From Candidatus Poseidoniales archaeon (GTDB lineage: Archaea > Thermoplasmatota > Poseidoniia > Poseidoniales > Thalassarchaeaceae): 64,000 nucleotides of DNA. A model generated the notes under the pieces. That model worked only from the letters and a program-made list of their open reading frames with translations. It was not told the origin of the DNA and made no database searches. The position numbers were made by a program, and so were the translations under genes. Position 1 is the stretch's first letter. Each line of letters begins with the position of its first letter. The stretch is from assembly GCA_028283505.1 (NCBI GenBank), contig JAPOFX010000003.1, positions 4,125 through 68,124 of the forward strand, given 5' to 3'. Positions 19,688-28,689 of the stretch are shown here, in pieces.

Positions 19688-21033
19688 CTTCCCCATCTAC
19701 TGGTCGTTCCCCAATGACGGTATTGTTTCTGGTCGTCCTAGTTGATATGCTTGGGTTTACAATCGTGATTCCATTCCTAACCTATTTTGTTCAAGACCTG
19801 GCTTCTGGACAGGGAATAAATGATGTTGGAAGCAGAGATTTCTGGGTAGGAGTGGTTATTGCAGTATACTCACTAGCACAATTCCTTTTCACACCGATTC
19901 TCGGATCAATAAGCGATAGGATTGGAAGAAGGCCTGTTATAATGTTTGGATTAATTTCCAACTCAATATTTTTCATCGTTTTCGGACTTTCGAACAGTCT
20001 TGAAATGGCGATTTTTGCGAGATTTCTCGCAGGTGCTGGAAATGGAAATATCGCTGTGGCTAGAGCTTACATTGGCGACATTAGCACACATGATTTGATT
20101 CCGAGAAGAATGGGAATGTTAGGAGCAGCCTTTGGTTTGGGGTTCATGATTGGGCCTTTCATTGGAGGCCTTCTGTCAGATCCGGCGACAAGTATAGGGG
20201 GATTCTTTGATTCATCCTTTTGGAGAGCTAATGAGTACCTGCTACCATGCATATTTTCCAGTCTACTTAGCTTGGTCTCCCTAGCCCTTGCCTACTTTTG
20301 GCTAGAAGAGAGCCTTGGTCCGGATTCCAGAGCTGATGGCGTTTCAGATGGGGGCCTTGGCAAGTTTAGAGAGACCTTCTCGAATATTATCGGCGTTCTT
20401 GGGATTCCAATAATCTCTACCCTAGTCATAATCAATTTCCTATTTCTTATGGCATTCAGTATGATGCATGGAACTTTCATCCTATTCACAGCGATGTCGA
20501 TAGACAATGGGGGTCTTGGTTGGAGCGAAATGGAAAATGGATGGATTTTTGCTTTCATTGGGCTTCTTGGAGTTATCATTCAAGGAGGCCTTATTGGTCC
20601 ACTCACCGACAGGTTTGGAATGGCTAATCTGATGATGATCGGAACTATACTGTGCGGGGCAGGGATAGCCAGTCTTCCCTATGTTCCTCCGGAGGCCTCT
20701 TGGCTGATTCTTGGTTCATCCGCTGGTCTGGCAATAGGAAATGGCCTCTTTTCGCCGACACATTCGTCACTACTTACTCTTGAGGCAAACAGAGGAGGGC
20801 ATGAGCTTGGACTCGTAATGGGGGCTCAGGAGGGTTACGGGGCATTGGCCAGAATAATTGGGCCCTTACTAGCTGCCTACCTATGGTCAATGACAGTTGA
20901 AGGGACCGGGATTTGGACGTTCCATACTTGCTTCAGAGTCGCAGGATTGATTTTCGTAATTGCGGCTCTGCTTCAATTGACTCTAAAATTGGAGAGCAGA
21001 TATGAGGATGAGGAGCTTAATGTTCGAAATTGA
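19684..21033 (+). CDS. MFS transporter (drug/H+ antiporter-like)
   Basis: About 12 TM segments and the MFS loop motif GSISDRIGRRPV. The TTG start overlaps the thrS stop. ATG 19714 (MTVLFLVV...) is an equally plausible start. Confidence 0.85.
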   Translation: MTSPSTGRSPMTVLFLVVLVDMLGFTIVIPFLTYFVQDLASGQGINDVGSRDFWVGVVIAVYSLAQFLFTPILGSISDRIGRRPVIMFGLISNSIFFIVFGLSNSLEMAIFARFLAGAGNGNIAVARAYIGDISTHDLIPRRMGMLGAAFGLGFMIGPFIGGLLSDPATSIGGFFDSSFWRANEYLLPCIFSSLLSLVSLALAYFWLEESLGPDSRADGVSDGGLGKFRETFSNIIGVLGIPIISTLVIINFLFLMAFSMMHGTFILFTAMSIDNGGLGWSEMENGWIFAFIGLLGVIIQGGLIGPLTDRFGMANLMMIGTILCGAGIASLPYVPPEASWLILGSSAGLAIGNGLFSPTHSSLLTLEANRGGHELGLVMGAQEGYGALARIIGPLLAAYLWSMTVEGTGIWTFHTCFRVAGLIFVIAALLQLTLKLESRYEDEELNVRN

Positions 21034-21075
21034 ATTAGCCCCAATCATAATGGATAGGTAAACGTCTCTAAGCTC

Positions 21076-21936
21076 ATGAAATGCATGGCTGTCGAATGTT
21101 CCTCAGATGCTGTGGAAGGGGAGTTATTCTGTCATGCGCATATCCGCATGACAGCAGAAGTTGATCCAATGGAGTGCCCAAGGGGGTGTGGACCTATGGC
21201 TTACAAGCAAGATAGATGGAACGTGGGGTTGTGGATTCTCGGATCCTTTGTAGCCTTTCTTTTGCTAATTGAAATGTTCGTATTGGCAGTTTTGGTATCA
21301 ATTTCCATAATGACATGGGGGAGATGGCAACATAAGCAGAATGCAAGCTACAGATTCAGCTGTTTTAGATGTGAAGGAGTATTGTTGGATCATAAGACGC
21401 TGTCTGGGATAAAGAACTACAGCGGAATTTCAGATCTTCCTGGGAAATTGATGTCAGAGCTTGATAATTCAATTGAGTCAAGTGAAATCAAATGCCCTGG
21501 ATGTGAGGTCAAAATGGCGAGAATCCCAATCTCATACGTACTGCCGGACCAGGGAACTGGCATTACTATAATTGATCTTATTCAGCTGGCAGTACCCAAC
21601 ACAATGAATCTCATGGAGCTTGACGGTTGCAGGGATTGTGGGCTGATTTGGTTCGATAAGGGAGAGATTGACAATATCAAAAAAAGCCAGACCCTAAGGG
21701 GAGAGAGCTTTGGTGAGGCTGGTAAAAAGAGGTACTCTGAGGGATATCAATCACGCGAGGCTTTCAAAGGCATAAAAATCGAAAGAGCGGTTGAAGGGAG
21801 GTCCGTTATGGCGATTGACAATAAGCGGAAAAAAACAGGCTCATCTCTGTCGAGGAGAGAGTTTACTTACTGTTCCATAGAGGGGTGTAATAGTCTAGCA
21901 TTCAGGAGCTTGGAGTACTGCCACAGGCACAAGTAA
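21076..21936 (+). CDS. Multi-zinc-ribbon membrane protein, function unknown
   Basis: Identical C-x4-C-x10-C-H-x-H knuckles at both termini (CMAVEC...FCHAH and CSIEGC...YCHRH). One central TM segment. KCPGCEVKM...CRDCGLIWFDKGEIDNI matches the zf-TFIIB-type zinc ribbon (CPxC...CxxCxGxWFDxGE). Confidence 0.55.
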   Translation: MKCMAVECSSDAVEGELFCHAHIRMTAEVDPMECPRGCGPMAYKQDRWNVGLWILGSFVAFLLLIEMFVLAVLVSISIMTWGRWQHKQNASYRFSCFRCEGVLLDHKTLSGIKNYSGISDLPGKLMSELDNSIESSEIKCPGCEVKMARIPISYVLPDQGTGITIIDLIQLAVPNTMNLMELDGCRDCGLIWFDKGEIDNIKKSQTLRGESFGEAGKKRYSEGYQSREAFKGIKIERAVEGRSVMAIDNKRKKTGSSLSRREFTYCSIEGCNSLAFRSLEYCHRHK

Positions 21937-21941
21937 CGGTA

Positions 21942-22301
21942 CTAGATCCAAACGTCATTTGATGATGTGAGTTCGCTAGTCTTGTTCCCCGTATTGATTA
22001 CTCCCTTGGGCTCAACTAGCATTATTTTGCACTCATCTATGGCATATGGCTTGTGATCTGTACCCTTCAGAACGACATACATCTCCCCCTCATTAAGCTC
22101 TATAGTCTCATTCTCTAACTCTATGAACATAGTTCCTTCGAGTACAATGAATGCCTCATCAGTATCTGAGTGGTTGTGCCAAATGAAATCGCCTTTTATT
22201 TTGACAAGCTTGAATTGGTAGTCATTCATTTGAGCAATCACTTTGGGAGACCAATGGTCCGTGAACATTGAAAACTTCCGAATGAAGTTAACTTTACCCA
22301 T
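21942..22301 (-). CDS. Cupin-domain protein (metal-binding)
   Basis: GDFIWHNHSDTDEAFIVLEG fits cupin motif 1 (G-x4/5-HxH-x3/4-E-x6-G), and GTDHKP fits motif 2. It starts 1 nt after the stop of 22303..23121. Confidence 0.7.
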   Translation of the reverse strand: MGKVNFIRKFSMFTDHWSPKVIAQMNDYQFKLVKIKGDFIWHNHSDTDEAFIVLEGTMFIELENETIELNEGEMYVVLKGTDHKPYAIDECKIMLVEPKGVINTGNKTSELTSSNDVWI

Positions 22302-22302
22302 C

Positions 22303-23121
22303 CTAGGAAACCACCCTCTCGTAGCAGTAGGGGCAATACTCCTCTAATGAGTACTTCTCAGACTTTAGGTCGTCAGGAGAAAGGGGTTCTCTGCAATTGA
22401 AGCACATCTGGTGGTCCCCTTCCATTAGCTCTGTGTCCAAGGATACCCTTTGGTCAAAAACGAAGCAGTCGCCCTTCCAATGTGCCCCTCCTGCCTCCTT
22501 GAAGTATCCAAGGACGCCTCCTCTGACTTGGTACACTTCACCCCATCCTTGGGATTCCATTACCATACTAGCCTTCTCACATCTAATTCCCCCGGTACAA
22601 AACATCACTACCGGAGTAGATTTATCATAATCTAATCTCTTTACGGCCTCGGGAAACTCCCTGAATGACTTAATATCAAGGTCTATTGAGTTTTCAAATG
22701 ACCCAACCCTGAGTTCATAATCGTTCCTAGTGTCCAAGACAATTACCTCCTTGCCTTCATCAAGCCACGTCTTGAACTGACTAGGATTGATGTAATTCCC
22801 CTCATTTTCTACCGGTCTAATTTCGTCCATTCCCAGGGAAATGATTTCTTTTTTCAAGCGGACGAGCATTCTACGAAAGGGCTGATACTCGGAGTAAGTG
22901 ATATGCATGGGTATACCGGTTAGCCTGGAGTCTTCCTCCAAGAATGAGACATAATCATTAATTGATTCCTGAGTTCCTGCCAGAAAGAAATTGATTCCAT
23001 TGGGGCTTAGGAGAATTGTTCCCTTTAGTCCGAGGCTGGTGCATTTCTCTCTGAATGGGGCCCTAAGATTATCTCTATCCGGAAGATCTACGAATCTGTA
23101 TCCAGCGATATTCACGAACAT
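22303..23121 (-). CDS. trhO: Rhodanese-domain tRNA uridine(34) hydroxylase-like protein (UPF0176 / YceA / TrhO family)
   Basis: N-terminal IAGYRFVDL and rhodanese active-site loop FCTGGIRCEKAS, with a C-terminal Cys-rich tail (CFNC...CPYC). Start set at ATG 23121, which removes the overlap with the upstream gene. Confidence 0.8.
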   Translation of the reverse strand: MFVNIAGYRFVDLPDRDNLRAPFREKCTSLGLKGTILLSPNGINFFLAGTQESINDYVSFLEEDSRLTGIPMHITYSEYQPFRRMLVRLKKEIISLGMDEIRPVENEGNYINPSQFKTWLDEGKEVIVLDTRNDYELRVGSFENSIDLDIKSFREFPEAVKRLDYDKSTPVVMFCTGGIRCEKASMVMESQGWGEVYQVRGGVLGYFKEAGGAHWKGDCFVFDQRVSLDTELMEGDHQMCFNCREPLSPDDLKSEKYSLEEYCPYCYERVVS

Positions 23122-23129
23122 AAAATCCC

Positions 23130-24131
23130 TCAAGGAACCTCTGAAAGCCACTTCTTCATTGTGCAGGACTGACACACTGGCCTGGATGTAGCCTCTCCGC
23201 AAAGTGTACAACTGCTTATGTTAGAATTTGGATCGGGGTGGACTACTCTGTGGATCTCCCTTATTTGATCCAGAGAATGGAGTAGGCCGTGTCTGGCCCC
23301 GGGGGTGAGTGACTCAAGCTGTGCAACTATGGCTCTACTCTGCTGTCTCTGAGCGCCTGGAGCGTGTGGGCAGTCTCCATGATGGATTGGTAGGCTATTC
23401 ACTATCGCGAATGCGTGTATCTCCTGCTCTGGTATCCACCTCAAAGGGACGATCCTTGGGACCATTCCCTCAATCGGCGAAGATGTGTGTGGCGCAAGTC
23501 TCACTGACCTCTCAATTTCTCCCTTCTGGAGATTCATTAGGATCGACTGAGCCATATCATCCAGATTGTGGCCTAGAGCCATAACGTCAGCACCCACCTT
23601 ATCTGCTAACGCATTCAGACTTTGTCTTCTGAATACTCCACAGAAAGAGCATGGCATCATCCCATCGGCCTCATCGTTGAGCTTGCCCATTGCAGGGATT
23701 TTTGAAACGACTTTGTCCATCCTATCATATCCCATTTCTTCGTAGCTCAGTGTGACGAACTCAATATCCAGTTCTTCCGAGAGGCTCCTCGCACACTCCA
23801 ACGATGGCGACCTGTACCCGTCAATCCCTTCATCTACGCACCCTGCAACAATCCTAACATCTCTCCTTCCGCCGATTATATCCTTCACCATGGTCAGAAG
23901 TACAGCTGAGTCCTTTCCTCCTGAAACTGCCACTAGTACAACGTAGGGACTTCCATCGGATTTCCTAGCATCCTTGGGGAGAACTAATTGCCTCCTGAGT
24001 TCCTTTGATGTTCTTCTTCGAATAGAGTCTGAAAGGTGTTTTCCGCAGAGGTGTTGACCGCTGTATGGCTGATGAACAACGGCTGGCAACTTGCATCTAC
24101 TGCAAGTGGTTACCGAGATTGCACCCCCCAT
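23130..24131 (-). CDS. PP-loop tRNA 2-thiolation protein (Ncs6/Ctu1/TtuA family)
   Basis: N-terminal Zn finger CSRC...CGKH, PP-loop VAVSGGKDSAVLL, Fe-S ligand region CSFCGVFRR, GHNLDDMAQS, and C-terminal Zn finger CTLCGE...CQSC. Confidence 0.8.
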   Translation of the reverse strand: MGGAISVTTCSRCKLPAVVHQPYSGQHLCGKHLSDSIRRRTSKELRRQLVLPKDARKSDGSPYVVLVAVSGGKDSAVLLTMVKDIIGGRRDVRIVAGCVDEGIDGYRSPSLECARSLSEELDIEFVTLSYEEMGYDRMDKVVSKIPAMGKLNDEADGMMPCSFCGVFRRQSLNALADKVGADVMALGHNLDDMAQSILMNLQKGEIERSVRLAPHTSSPIEGMVPRIVPLRWIPEQEIHAFAIVNSLPIHHGDCPHAPGAQRQQSRAIVAQLESLTPGARHGLLHSLDQIREIHRVVHPDPNSNISSCTLCGEATSRPVCQSCTMKKWLSEVP

Positions 24132-24228
24132 ATACTTGCCCGGGAGTGTTCAAGACTTGAACCCAGTGTGAGTCCATTGACACAAATTTAGCGTATTTTT
24201 CATAATGTAGTAATTTTTCAGGGGTCTC

Positions 24229-24480
24229 GTGGGGAATTCTGGGACGTTGCTTGGCAGGTCTTTCGTCAGAGGAGAGAGTCACTCCTCATTGCCTGAGAGA
24301 GTGGTCATAATTCTTGTAATATCGGGAGTCCTTGTTACATACGATGTGATCAATGAGTTCGTTAAGGGCGCCTTCGGAGTAGATTCGCAAATACTCACTA
24401 TTTTCTTGCTAGTTCTAATCGTCCCCTTGTTTTCAGACCTTGTTTTCCGAACCATATCGTCTATCACTGGTAGAAAATAG
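24229..24480 (+). CDS. Possible small two-TM membrane protein
   Basis: 83-aa GTG-start ORF with two hydrophobic helices (VVIILVISGVLV, ILTIFLLVLIVPLF). It fills an otherwise empty 350-nt gap and is convergent with 24481..25689. No homology recognised. Confidence 0.3.
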   Translation: MGNSGTLLGRSFVRGESHSSLPERVVIILVISGVLVTYDVINEFVKGAFGVDSQILTIFLLVLIVPLFSDLVFRTISSITGRK

Positions 24481-25689
24481 TCAAGACTCGCTTGATCTGA
24501 ATCTCAAAAGTGTTGACTCGACAATACCTGTAACTCTCTGCCAGGGAAGGACGAATCTCATCCCGGCCACTACTATCAAGAAAAGGCCAGCTGAAATTAC
24601 CTTCCCGTAAGTTAGTTGCAACTCTAGTGATTCTCTCACTTGGCCAGCCCATTGTCCTCCTGACAAAGCGCTGACTGTTGAGATTAGGAAGTCGTCAAAT
24701 TCCAGTGCTATAGCAGTGGTGACAGAGACTAGGGCCATCACACCGATGAGGTGGGCAATGTGCCCGTTCAGGACATTATTGAATTGTCTGACATATTCTG
24801 GGTCTCTCCTAGCCTCACCCGGTAACATTGACGCATACTCCATGTTTGATATTACTGCCGATCCGGATTCAAGATATACCAACAAAAGTATCGCTACTTG
24901 TAGGAGATTCAATGAGAGTGGAGATACTAGTCCTCCGAATAGAGTTGCTTCTCCAATCTGTGCGGGAAGAGGGGTTAACCCTAGATCGACTGACTCAGTT
25001 ATCCCTTCGAAAGTCAAGATAGCGTGTATACCAATGATCGTCAGATAATACCCTATTGTCCAAGTCAGGAGCTTTCTGGAGAGTCCCCAAATGCCCATCA
25101 GACCTGATAGTATAGGCGCAAAGACAATTCCTAGAAATACTAACTCGAAGACAAACAATACTGGCTTCCAGAGATGTCCCAGATGGTTCAAATCATCTGT
25201 CTCGCCCCATGGAAGGTGGAAACCGAAGCTTGATATCGCTAAAATCCAAGATATTACGAACGGAAGAAGTCCCCAAGCTAACATCCCGCCGATTAGGAAT
25301 CTCCTGATGTTCCTGCTGATGCTTTCCTTGGCGGTAAGGGTGTAAATCCAAATTACAGTGAGGATTGCACACAACAATAGAGGAGCTAAAAGTGTCATAT
25401 TTCCACTCTGATCTAATCCATGAACTGCATCTGGAAGCACTAGTGACCCAGTTTGCTCTCTGAACCAAATTAACCCACGAGTGTGCTCATAGGACGGACA
25501 CCAGTAATTTGAGCCATCTGAATACGTCTCGACGAACGATTCTGAGCATGTCCCGTAAATTTTGGTCATCCTATTCATCAGAGCAAGCAGAGCTGCAGTG
25601 GAAATTAGTTGAAGGAAGATTATCTTCCACCTCTTCCTAAGGTTGGAGATCTCAAGAGATTGGCTGTCAGGTACAGAGTTTTTCACCAT
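24481..25689 (-). CDS. Polytopic membrane protein (about 9 TM), function unknown; third gene of the DUF4350/DUF58 operon
   Basis: 402 aa. TM1 is followed by a roughly 60-aa loop with two Cys, then further TM helices. No catalytic motif recognised. There is a 12-nt gap after the DUF58 gene. Confidence 0.6.
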   Translation of the reverse strand: MVKNSVPDSQSLEISNLRKRWKIIFLQLISTAALLALMNRMTKIYGTCSESFVETYSDGSNYWCPSYEHTRGLIWFREQTGSLVLPDAVHGLDQSGNMTLLAPLLLCAILTVIWIYTLTAKESISRNIRRFLIGGMLAWGLLPFVISWILAISSFGFHLPWGETDDLNHLGHLWKPVLFVFELVFLGIVFAPILSGLMGIWGLSRKLLTWTIGYYLTIIGIHAILTFEGITESVDLGLTPLPAQIGEATLFGGLVSPLSLNLLQVAILLLVYLESGSAVISNMEYASMLPGEARRDPEYVRQFNNVLNGHIAHLIGVMALVSVTTAIALEFDDFLISTVSALSGGQWAGQVRESLELQLTYGKVISAGLFLIVVAGMRFVLPWQRVTGIVESTLLRFRSSES

Positions 25690-25701
25690 AATCCAATCCT
25701 C

Positions 25702-26964
25702 CTAACTCAAATTTATCTGTAACAGTGCTTGTGATAGTTCAACATCGGGGGTCCAATCAATTACCTTTGCACCATATCCTGCTATTGCGGTCAGTCTATT
25801 CTGCCTCTCCAATTTCAGAACCTCATATGACATTCTCGGGATTCTACTGACCAGCCTTTCCAAATCGATGCTACTTGGAGATAGGACAATTACTTGGTGC
25901 CCCTTTCCAGAAAGGCTTCGGATGGCTGGAAGAGTTGTCCCATCTCCTTCTAGGCTACTAATAATAAAAACTGGAGAGCCTCTGCTTATCCTTGGGGATA
26001 AAGCGTTAGTCACGGCTTGAAGGGGCATTGATCCCTTGGGCTGTACTGATGCGAGTCCGCTTAGGATTTTGAAATACTGCTTATCGCCGGTTTCTGGAGG
26101 AAGATAATCCATCCTAGACCCATAAGTCACCAGAGATACTGAGTCTCTCCTTTTTAGGAAGTAGTTAGACACTGATGCCGCGGCTACTGTTCCCATCTCC
26201 AGGGGATTCTTCAAGACTGTTCCGATTCTTGTTACATCACGGGTGTCGACAATAACGAAAACGTCTGTAACTGCGTCTCTGGTCTTCTCGTTCACCATCA
26301 TCTCCCCAGTTCTGGCCAGTGCTTTCCAGTTAATAGAGCGGAAAGAGTCTCCGGGGAGGTATTCCCTGAGGGCGTAAAACTCCATTCCAGGACCTGGAGT
26401 CTTAAGAGTGGTAGCCCCAGAGTACATCTTGGGAACATCTGATCTCAGAAGGGCATCCTCAATATCTCTAATTTGGGGAAATACAGTGATGTCTGATCGA
26501 TCGTCTACTTTTGTTTCACTTACAAATAGGTTGAATGCGTTGCGATACCTAACAGATACTGGACCAACAGTGTAATGACCTCTAAGTGGACATCTCACAA
26601 CATACTTCATTGTTGCAGACTGGCCGGGACCTAAATTCATTCTCATCTGGTTTATTCCCTTTCTCATCTTCATTTCGTGGGGAACATTATCGAATAGCTC
26701 CAATTGCTGAGTTCTTCGGTATGAGTTGTTTGTGATGGTCAATGAAACTACAATATCATCCCCTTTGTAGACGTTGGTAGCAGAGGTCTCTCTTCTGATT
26801 GTCAGCTCGGAATGACCAGAAACCCAGCCGTTTATCGCCAGCATTGATATGAAAGATAACCCTATTATCATCAATTGGAAGTTGGATATCATCATTCCAA
26901 TGAGAATCAGACTTATTCCACTAGTCAGCATAATAGCTGCTTTCCTAGTCCACAAATTAGGCAC
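25702..26964 (-). CDS. DUF58 domain protein (vWA-like, MoxR-system-associated family)
   Basis: Two N-terminal TM helices, a beta-rich domain, then the DUF58 signature REYLPGDSFRSINWKALARTGEMMVNEKTRD followed by a vWA-like region (VFVIVDTRD). Confidence 0.8.
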   Translation of the reverse strand: MPNLWTRKAAIMLTSGISLILIGMMISNFQLMIIGLSFISMLAINGWVSGHSELTIRRETSATNVYKGDDIVVSLTITNNSYRRTQQLELFDNVPHEMKMRKGINQMRMNLGPGQSATMKYVVRCPLRGHYTVGPVSVRYRNAFNLFVSETKVDDRSDITVFPQIRDIEDALLRSDVPKMYSGATTLKTPGPGMEFYALREYLPGDSFRSINWKALARTGEMMVNEKTRDAVTDVFVIVDTRDVTRIGTVLKNPLEMGTVAAASVSNYFLKRRDSVSLVTYGSRMDYLPPETGDKQYFKILSGLASVQPKGSMPLQAVTNALSPRISRGSPVFIISSLEGDGTTLPAIRSLSGKGHQVIVLSPSSIDLERLVSRIPRMSYEVLKLERQNRLTAIAGYGAKVIDWTPDVELSQALLQINLS

Positions 26965-28600
26965 CTCCCTCTGTTTCGTTGGACCCCCAATGTTTGATTC
27001 TCTTCACGATTCCAACCAACTCATCCGTTTTGTATCTCCGATCATTGAAAATGAAGTCAGTTAGGACCTTGTCATCAACCATTTTCTGCAACTGGGCTGC
27101 TGGTAGAGCATCAAACTCCTCTCTCGACATAGCGTTGACATTTCTGATGCGGGTCAGAAGGACCTGTCTAATCTTCTCCGGCCTCTGGTAGTACTCATAC
27201 CTCCTTGCATCCCCGAATCCATAGTATATTATCCTGAAGACGTGCCTCCACTCGTCTGGATCTTCCTTCCTGATTAGAACTGCCTCAAGCGATATGAACA
27301 GACCGAGGAACAAAATTAACATGGCCATCCAATCATTCGTAAAATAAATGAGGAGGTAGTAGAGAAGATTGTATGTATCTCCGCCGATGTTCGATTGCTG
27401 ATGTCTACTCTCGTCGAAAATTACTATTGCATTATCGCTGGCCTGAGTACTTGAGTTTCCAATTAGAAGTGCCTCAGCAATTACGTCAAGGGCCCATTTG
27501 CGATTGTCATTATTAGGAACTAATCCTGAATATTCTGGGTCGAAGTCAGGATTGTAAAGGGAATTTATTAGAAGTGATCCATCGGAGACGAAGTGGACTC
27601 TTCCAGAGTCAGGATCGATGCATAACCTATCAAAACAATACCTAACGTAAACTGCAAACGGACCCTGCTCATCATCCTCAATTCCTGCGGCCTCAAATCC
27701 TACCGTTAGATTGCCATCATCATTAGTGTCAAGGTATGAGTCTAGGGTTGACCTTCCTATGGCATACCTGTTCTCAACAGGATTGTAGGAGCTGTCCTTC
27801 TCGAAAGCTGAAGGGCCATTAGTCAGCATGTTGTATCCCTCTGAAAAATCCCAGGAAGAAGTGACTGGATCAAATCTATGAGAGCACAGTCCGACATCCC
27901 CCATGGAGATTCCAGATGAAGTAATTGTAGAGTCTTGCGGATTTAGGTCGAGTAGGTCAATTACTCCGTCCGCATCTGAGTCCTTCAGACAAGGATTTAC
28001 CGAAGACAAAGAACCTGAATTAGTTGTAAAATTATATGCCGATGAGGAGTTGACCCATACATAATTGTAGTCCAATTCATGTGCATATGCTTGTCCGTCA
28101 TATAGTCTGTGCCCAGAATAATCCAAACCGAACTGCATGGCTAATTGAGCTGAATATCCAAAATCATCCATCAGAATTACTGTGCCTCCCCTTTGAACAA
28201 AGTTTTCGATTGCCAGGATTTCAGAATTGGTATACCCATCACTTTCTGTCAGTTCGATTACGCTTTCATCTCCTGTGAATCTCGGGAGTGAAATTGTATC
28301 TCTTTCAACTCCGGATACGATGAATACCGCCTCCTCCGGGTAGTCTATCTCACTGAGCAAAAGTGGACTGGAGACAAGAGCATTTGTCTCAATGCCCATA
28401 TTGTTGATATCTGACCTGAACGATCCTAAATCATTCCAATCGTTACCATAAGCAGATTGTTGGGTCTCGCCATCAACCAAGTATGTCTGTAGTATCTGTA
28501 CTGCAAGAATACCGATAAGAATCCAAAATGCACCTATCGATGCCCCTCTCTTGAATTTAGGGGATGAAAGCCTTCTGAGTGTGGTACTGAAGTCTGCCAT
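26957..28600 (-). CDS. DUF4350-like membrane protein with inserted Asp-rich (calcium-binding-like) loop
   Basis: N-terminal TM, then VFIVSG...FVQRGGTVILMDDFGY and AIVIFDESRH blocks as in DUF4350. It has the DSDADGVIDLLDLNPQD loop, a second TM (WMAMLILFLGLFISL) and a basic cytoplasmic tail. It overlaps the DUF58 gene by 8 nt. Confidence 0.6.
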   Translation of the reverse strand: MADFSTTLRRLSSPKFKRGASIGAFWILIGILAVQILQTYLVDGETQQSAYGNDWNDLGSFRSDINNMGIETNALVSSPLLLSEIDYPEEAVFIVSGVERDTISLPRFTGDESVIELTESDGYTNSEILAIENFVQRGGTVILMDDFGYSAQLAMQFGLDYSGHRLYDGQAYAHELDYNYVWVNSSSAYNFTTNSGSLSSVNPCLKDSDADGVIDLLDLNPQDSTITSSGISMGDVGLCSHRFDPVTSSWDFSEGYNMLTNGPSAFEKDSSYNPVENRYAIGRSTLDSYLDTNDDGNLTVGFEAAGIEDDEQGPFAVYVRYCFDRLCIDPDSGRVHFVSDGSLLINSLYNPDFDPEYSGLVPNNDNRKWALDVIAEALLIGNSSTQASDNAIVIFDESRHQQSNIGGDTYNLLYYLLIYFTNDWMAMLILFLGLFISLEAVLIRKEDPDEWRHVFRIIYYGFGDARRYEYYQRPEKIRQVLLTRIRNVNAMSREEFDALPAAQLQKMVDDKVLTDFIFNDRRYKTDELVGIVKRIKHWGSNETEGGA

Positions 28601-28689
28601 GTGTAGGCCTCCATCTATAGGAATGACTACCGAGCCTTAACTTCGTATTAATACCGTTGTGGGGCCATGAACATACCCGCATCAGGAGT

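Noticed and set aside
24097-24467. Minus-strand small ORFs 24097..24282 and 24279..24467 in the ttuA-proximal gap
   Set aside because: They are short, without hydrophobic or motif content, and overlap the somewhat better plus-strand two-TM ORF. Even that one is only a weak call.
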